From positions 17,112,001-17,176,000 of the forward strand of contig CM022673.1 in the NCBI GenBank assembly GCA_012295275.1: a stretch of 64,000 nt of DNA, given 5' to 3'. The number at the start of each line of letters is the position of its first letter. Position 1 is the first letter of the stretch. The DNA is from Chrysomallon squamiferum (Eukaryota; Animalia; Mollusca). Under the pieces are notes generated by a model, which worked only from the letters and a program-made list of their open reading frames with translations, was not told the DNA's origin and made no database searches. Positions 56,636 to 64,000 of the stretch are shown in pieces. Position numbers and translations under genes: made by a program.

Positions 56636-59600
56636 ATGTCTGAGTGTTTTGCTCTGATCATGAAACCAAAGAAATCTGTGAGGTAAATATGTACTTAGAA
56701 ACACATTTAAAAATACAGTGAATTATAGAATTATAAAAATATGTTTAATGAAATTATTTGTTTTATATACTAATATATATCTTATTATTATCCAAGTAAT
56801 TAATATTTTACAATTTGTTTTTAATTTGTTTGTTTTTTGGCTATCACTAATAGTGACATCATTCAGCAAAATGCCTTCATTGTTTCAGTGTATCTCTGCA
56901 CAGAATTACAAATATTAGAAAATGTCTGCCCATGTGTGAACACGTGTAAAATGTACTTGATATTTGTATTTAGATGTATTTTATTTGGAAATTAATAAAC
57001 CCTTTTCTGCAATACTAGATTACATCAGATATTTAATTCTTAAAACAAACAGAAAATCAGCCGATAATGTTCCTAATTATTATTATTTTGATATGGCAAT
57101 ATATATTAGCTAGTGGAATTTTTCATTTAAAAAAATTGTCTACCCTGTATGAAACGGATGGAAATGCTAACCAGACGTAAAACGTAGTCTGTCAGTTTTT
57201 GGATAAAATATTGAATTTGTTTTTTCTTTCTTTCATGCATTGATAGTTACAAACTTTTCATTAAATGCCTTACAGTAACAATTTTTTTTTTTTTTTTTTT
57301 CGTATTTATATTTATTTTCATTCTCTTTTCGTTTTTTCTCATTTATTTATTTCATCTTATCACCATTGTATGGATGTGTAATTAATCATTGTATAGCGCG
57401 TACAGCCTACAAATACATTTGATCTGTTTGCGATCACTTGAAGGACTAATTAATAATATTAATTAAACTTTATTAAATTATGAACTTTATATCATTATTA
57501 ATTTTTGTGTTTAAGTTTTAAATAATATGTGTATTTAATGAACACGGATGATATTTTATCATATGAAAATGATTTTATATTTCAGAGCATTATCGATCAC
57601 GCCATAGTCTGATAGTCCTTATAATATAACAGCTAATTAATATTTTATAGAATTGTACTGATAAATAAAGAAAGGTTATTATTTATAAAACTGATAATAA
57701 TTATTTTAGTATATTTTTGAATAATTTCCTAAACTAAAATATCAATGCAAAAACGATGCTCCGCTCGCAGCGCAATTAAATGAAGCCTAACGTTGCCTTG
57801 GTAACGAAACATTCGTAGGCCCGCTTTCGTTTGTTTACTAGTGTCGTCTGCTCTAACAAATGGCTTGCTTCCGAAATAAATTTGTAAGTTATTTCAGTAT
57901 ATTATGATTTTCATTTGATGTCATTTCAGTACATTTGTAAATTAATACACTCATCGGCATATGATTTCATATATTTCAGAAGACGTCAGGAAATAACCGA
58001 TTTGATTTTTGTTCTAAATTTCTGTGCACAAATTTTTATTTTGCATTCCTGTAGTTTGATAGTTTTTGCCTAATTTTAACACAGTGGATTATATACATTT
58101 AATTGTTTCTGTTTGTTTTAAAATATATCACCAATAACAGCATTTTGTAAATATAAATCGATAATAATAATTTAAACGAACTATATTTTGCGAAAAGTTA
58201 TGAATAAAATTGTGTAATCCGTTACAACTTTTGGGAACGCAAAAAGGATATAGCAAAGAGATCGGCATGAGAGAAACATTCGAGATGTTCGATAAATCAG
58301 GTGAAATGAATTTATTAATTTACAAGAAGTTATCGAATGGTTTCTTTTTCCGAAAGTATTGATCACGTTATGTTTGAAATCGAAAGTATTCAAAATTTCA
58401 TTAAAACACTGTAAACGTTAAATCGTTAAGTATTATAAATAGTTTACAAACTGGTTGCGCGCAGCAGAGGAATGTTAACTTTGTGGGTAGCTGTGCTTTT
58501 ATTTTCTTCCATACTCTTCAATATCACTAAATAAGAGATAATTATTATGACTATTGTTAACGACAAAGTATACGTAAATTTTAATTTTATTTTTAATTTT
58601 CTACATAAAACCAACACATGTAAGAATCTTCTATAGTATCCAAACACTATTTTGAAACCTATCAATTGCAAACACATACATTATAAAAAAAAGAAGATAA
58701 TATAAAGAGTATTATAATAAAAGTAGCAAAGGTTCGTAACAGTTGGTTAGACTCATTTTGGCTGGACCAGAAGCACATGGCCTTTTATTCAGTCATAACA
58801 GAGACAATTCAGGATTTTACTTAACATTTGATAAATACAGGTTCAGAAATACAAGTTTGGAATGAATGAAATTGCCCCAAAAGTATCAATATTAAAAATA
58901 TTAACTATTGCTTTAATAATATTTATCGCATTTTAAAAGAAACATCAACTAACATACAAGATATTCTAACTCATTTTAAATGTTTATTTGTTTGTGTTTC
59001 ATTTATTAAGTTGCTTTCTGGAAATACCTATAAGTTCTGTATAAAAAATAGATATATATAAATTTAAAAAAAAGTTTATATGTGACATTTTTAATTATTT
59101 TGTTCCTAATTCTGTTTATGTATATATCTTTCAGATTTTCTGATGGAGTAAAAGAAAACACAGAAAACGTACAGCCTTCTGAGAATCAAGAAAATTGCTC
59201 TACAAGAAAAGCTTTTGCAAAAGACTCTGTTGCAAAAGGGGAGATAACCAGTATTGTAGTTATCTCTCCTTCAGGTGAAAGTGTAAAGGAAGATATAGTT
59301 CAGAATAACACAGCAAAAGAACCATTTTTGGAACAGTTGTTAGAGGTTGACGACCTAGAAAATAGACATGTGAAAAAAACAGACGAAGCGGCTGACGAGG
59401 ACAAGATATTAATTAAAGACAAAAAGTTAAACCAAGGAACATCTTTTATTACCAGCAGAAACTATCTAAATGAGAAAGGAGTTGTTATAGCTGCAAGAGG
59501 TTCCCATGAACTGAAGTTATTTATAATCAAAGGTGGAAAAATAACAGAAGAAGATTTGTTCAGAAATAAAAAGAAGTCTGATTGTTCAGATAATGAACTA

Positions 59601-62600
59601 AAAGAAAAAAAAAGAGAAAACTTTACAACTCTATCATCAGAAGAGTCCAATAAAAATAACAATATGAGCTATAACATTGATTTTGGTGGAGCACCTTTGT
59701 CACGCATGGAGGAGAGGGCAGAACTGAAACAGTTGAATGACCGTTTTACATCATATGTTCAACGTGTTCGACAACTTGGAGAACAAGCAAATCAGGTTGA
59801 TTCTTCAGCATTCCTCAAGTCTACCAAAATTCTTGAACAAGAAATAAACAGTTTGAAGAATCTGTATGAACAAGAATTACAGAAATTGAGGTTTGCATAA
59901 ATTGTATGGCTATATGAAATAATATCATTAATGAATAATATTTTGGCAAATTATACAAAGAATAAAGAAAATGCAAATTTGTAGTTATTTATATTATAGT
60001 TATCTACTTCTGGAATATATTTGATTTGTAGATATTATTGATTTTGGTTTGCAAGAAATCTGAGTTTTGATTGTGTTTGAATATCTGAAATAGACTATTC
60101 TGATATTTCATAATTTATAAAGTGGTAAAGAAAACAGCATACTAATTATTAAATGTTCTTGACATTTTTAAATTTTCTTGATTATTTTAGAAATGAACTT
60201 GAAGCCATGAGTCAAGACAAAACATGTTACCAAGTTCAGAGTTCAAAACATCAACAAGTGGCTGCTGAGCTTCAAGAAAGGTGAGGTTTTCTTTTTTTTC
60301 CCTGAAACTTCATACCATTGTTTTGAACAAATCACACTGAAAATTATACCTCTTTTATTTTCATATATTTTTTTTATATTTGTTTGATATATTTTCTAGG
60401 TTTTTCTGGTTATATGAAGATTAAAAGGTCAACAAAATACTCATTTCTCTTTTATTAATTTTGACACAGCCTTTCATTAAAGTGTTTTTAATTGCACAGT
60501 AATTAATTAATTAGTTGTATAATTATATATGGATACTGAGTAGGAATATGAAGATGAGTGTAAGAGGTGAAACAAATAATTATTTATATTTTTGCAATTG
60601 TCATTATTTTTGTTATTGTTATTGTTACTGTTATTATTATTGTTTAGAGTATCAGGAGAGGTTGACAAGAACAGGAAATTGATGGATGAGATTAATAATC
60701 TGCAGAGAAAAATCATGCAGCTTGAAACTGAATTACGCAACTCTAAGATGAACTCTGAAAAAACAAATGGAATCAACTGTCTCCAAAGAGCCCTTGAGAA
60801 TCTTAGAAGAGAAAAAGAAGCCTTACAAAAAAGGTTTTTAAAATATATTTTACAAAAATCATTCCAAATCTTTTTCATTTAAAAAGTAATTGCAGGTTAC
60901 ATTTGACAAACTCAGTAAACTACACTTTCAGAAAGTTGTTGATAAAATTGCTGACAAAATTCTGTAGTTTTGATTAACAATTCATTTTACTTATGTAATA
61001 AAATGCATTGAAAAACCTAAACTATAAAGCTATTGGAGAAACTAAATATTTATGTGTCAAGAAATGAAATAATAAATTCTTTATTATTTATTTTTGTTAT
61101 ACAAATAAAAATAACTATTTTTAGGTATGAACATGAACAGTTATGTCGGCAACAAGCTGAAGATCGTCTACAACAATTGGCAAAGAAACTTGAATTTAAT
61201 GATCAGGTTTATGGCCAACAGCTGAGAGATTTGACAGATAGAAATGAGGCCTCTGTGCAGACAATTCTGAGTTTAGAGGCACGGATTCGAGAACTTTCAA
61301 AGAGTGACAACTCTGTTGGGGAAATGCTGAAACAAGTGAGGGAAGCAGCTGAAAGTGAACTGAAAAAATATAAAGAAGAATCAGAAGCACAGCATTTACG
61401 AGATGTAAGTCTGATTAATAAAAGTATAATTTACTGTTTTATTGTTAGAATGTTATCCTATTTCATTATGGTAATGTATTTCTGTTATTAATACCAGTGA
61501 ATTTAACTGCTATAATATTGTCATATTAAGAGACATTACAGTTTGCTCGTGATACAGAGTTTTATTATTTTACTCAACAAATAAGATTTTTATATCTTAT
61601 TCTTATAGATTAATGCACTCAGGTCTCAGATGGAACAAGATTCAGGTACTATAGAAAAGCTAAGAGCTGAAAACGGCAAACTTCAAGCATGTATTAATGA
61701 TTTGAATTCAAAGATTCGAGGACTGGAGGCACAGGTCAGTTCAGATACATTTTTCATGGCTGGATAAATGCAAGAATAAATTAATATTTTAACATTAATT
61801 ATTAGATGTCAAAAATAAGTTTTATAAAGCAAAATTATATTTGAAAAAACATCAGTCATCTGACATATGGGCTATGTTACAAATGAAGAGTACATTTTTT
61901 ATTTGCACTTTCCCTTTCTAGTGGAAAACCTAGATATATGAAATCTGGATTAACCATGTGATAAGCACTAATTGGAGCAGAAAGTAATTCAGTGCCCATG
62001 ACCAAATACATCTAATACTGTAGTGAAATAGCTCATGTTATAGGAAATATGTCATTAGTATTAGAAAGCTGTTACAGTAGAAACATAAATCAACATCAGT
62101 ATATTTTTAAATAATTCTTATAAGTAATTTCAATAGAATTTGCCACTAAATGAATTCAATTATCATCTGTTCTTTTTTATTTTTACAATTTATATTAACT
62201 GAAAGATTGATGGTTACAGGTTGTCAGTTTAGAAAAACAGTGCCAGTGTTTTGAAGACAACATTGCAAGAGATCGTAACCAGGCTACTGAAAACATACGC
62301 AGACTGGAGAATAAATTACGTCAAGTACAAGATCTTCTGTTTGCCAAGATACAGGAGGTAAACAACACTCGTGATTCAAATGTTCCATTAAAAGCAGAAA
62401 TTGAAGCTCTGAAGATTATTCTTGAAGAAGAAGAAAGGAGGTTTGTTATATAAGTTTATTATTATTATATGAAAAAAAAAGACAAAAAGTAATTACATGT
62501 AACAGTAAATAAATATTTAAATCAAAAGAAAAGTTACTGGTTATTTATAAAACTATATATTTTGATGTATACCAGTTAATTTGTGCCTATCTTAAATGAA

Positions 62601-63695
62601 TATTTATCTAGCACTAAATTGTAATGATGATGAATAAAGAAACATTAAATATTATAAGTTTTATGGTGTTTTTATATTATTTTTATATTAACAACTAAAA
62701 CTGATTAAGGATATTTATGGTGCACGCAACTTTCTGTTTTGTCACCAGTATTGTCTTATTTAGAATGAAAGTATCTTCACATACGTCTTCAAATAAAAAA
62801 TTAAAAAAAGAGCTTGAAGTGGTTAAACTGTTGTTCCTGCATAATATGGTGAAAACAAGGAATCCAAACCAAAGAAAGAGGAATATATAAAAAACATCTA
62901 AAAAATAAAACGAACCAGAAACAGAAACTGAAAAAGAACATTAAATTAAAATACCTTACTCTGCATGAAAAACCAATGCACTGCTTTATTTTTTATAGTT
63001 CTGTGTTAAGTACTGACACCAATTCAGTAAAAATACATCAGTCAAAATGACTGCTACTATTAAATACATAACTGTTAAAACATTACATTTCTGGCTATTT
63101 ATTTCCAGCTTGATACTTTATTCATACATTTTTCTTTTCAGACTTCAGATGTCTTTAAATTCTCAACCAATGTCAACTTTTTCAAGGACTCAAAAAGTCA
63201 CAAATTCACCATTTGATGGTAACATACCTCTACAGAAGTCAATGATGTATTCATCTTTGCCAGTTACTTCATTTTCGACAGTCGACACGATTAATGGCAA
63301 TACAGAGCCAGTTCAGGCTTCACACTATGCTGCAGCAAACACCACTGAACCTTTTCCATCAGATCAACCTTACCAGCCATATAGTGCTTCACAAGACAGC
63401 ATCGTTTCACCAAGTGGTCCACCTTATCCAGAAATTCAGAGGCGTCTAGATGTTGAAAGACATCCTGGAAGTCCAGGGACATATGAACATGATTTTCCAT
63501 CAACTTATACTCCAATGTTCCTTGACTCTGAAGCACCAGCTCCTGGAATGCAGCCTACATCTAGGTACATGTATGAGAGGACACCTAGTATCAATCGTCT
63601 TCTCATGGCAGATCAGAGTTCACTGGATTCCAACTGTGACTCACCAAGAGACAGTGATGTTTACAATGGAACTATGCGGTCAAAATCTGCACCTG
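56636..63695 (+). CDS. Lamin-like intermediate filament protein (long-rod type), 3' incomplete. Exons: 56636/56660-56682, 59135-59890, 60191-60280, 60648-60833, 61125-61404, 61609-61734, 62220-62440, 63142-63695; continues past the window
   Basis: Coil-1A signature EERAELKQLNDRFTSYVQRVRQL and rod-end signature LKAEIEALKIILEEEERRL; about 360-aa heptad rod; all introns GT-AG with matching phases. The first coding exon is inferred from its phase-2 donor (AG|GTAAAT) and is less certain than the rod exons. Confidence 0.88.
57750..57890 (+). promoter_or_regulatory. Internal/alternative promoter of the IF gene with RFX X-box and short first exon
   Basis: GTTGCCTTGGTAAC at 57792-57805 (X-box consensus), GTCGTCTGCT at 57843, CpG-rich patch about 57050-58750, donor TTT|GTAAGT at 57883/57884. 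Confidence 0.6.
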
Positions 63696-64000
63696 GTAAG
63701 ATTAACAGTCCATTTTATAAAATGAAAATATTCAAAGATGCACTTGAACTATTCAGATACATTTATAACTAAAATACTCAGCTTTCCCTGCAACAGATAA
63801 ACAATTATACTTTTAAAATATTTTTTTATCTGAGTCATGCTAGCTGGGCACTTGTATTAATTCAGATATATCCTTCTGTTTGAGTACCTTCTATTACAAA
63901 TATTGATTTGAAATAAAATTCAAAAGATTTTTATATAAGTAATTACTGAATAATTTGACAATTACAAGTACAAATGCAAGACATTATTAACAAGGGATAT

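Noticed and set aside
59082-63772. Calling the IF gene lamin (LMN)
   Set aside because: No NLS, Ig fold or CaaX visible, and the rod-end motif is divergent; symbol withheld.

Overview
AT-rich, microsatellite-dense animal genomic DNA with spliceosomal introns, most consistent with a mollusc (probably a gastropod; this is inference). Most ORFs in the track are microsatellite artefacts. Three protein-coding loci are supportable. (1) A coiled-coil + NHL/beta-propeller-like TRIM-family relative (35361-36740, -) with a decayed B-box upstream. (2) A 10-exon RING-H2 E3 ligase (40375-47820, -; about 785 aa) carrying SIM- and MIU-like motifs. (3) A lamin-like intermediate-filament gene (56636/56660 to beyond 63695, +) with lamin-type exon sizes, an N-terminal PP1-docking-like motif and an RFX X-box promoter (nematocilin-like candidate). 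The left ~28 kb has no recognisable coding exon. It looks like the enhancer-rich first intron of a minus-strand gene whose TATA/MEF2 promoter and first exon (about 28376-28770) lie at the centre of a 5.1-kb segment bounded by inverted repeats. A mariner-derived MITE, several minisatellites and decayed SINE-like fragments are also present. All gene models were assembled by hand from splice signals and reading-frame continuity; no database search was run.
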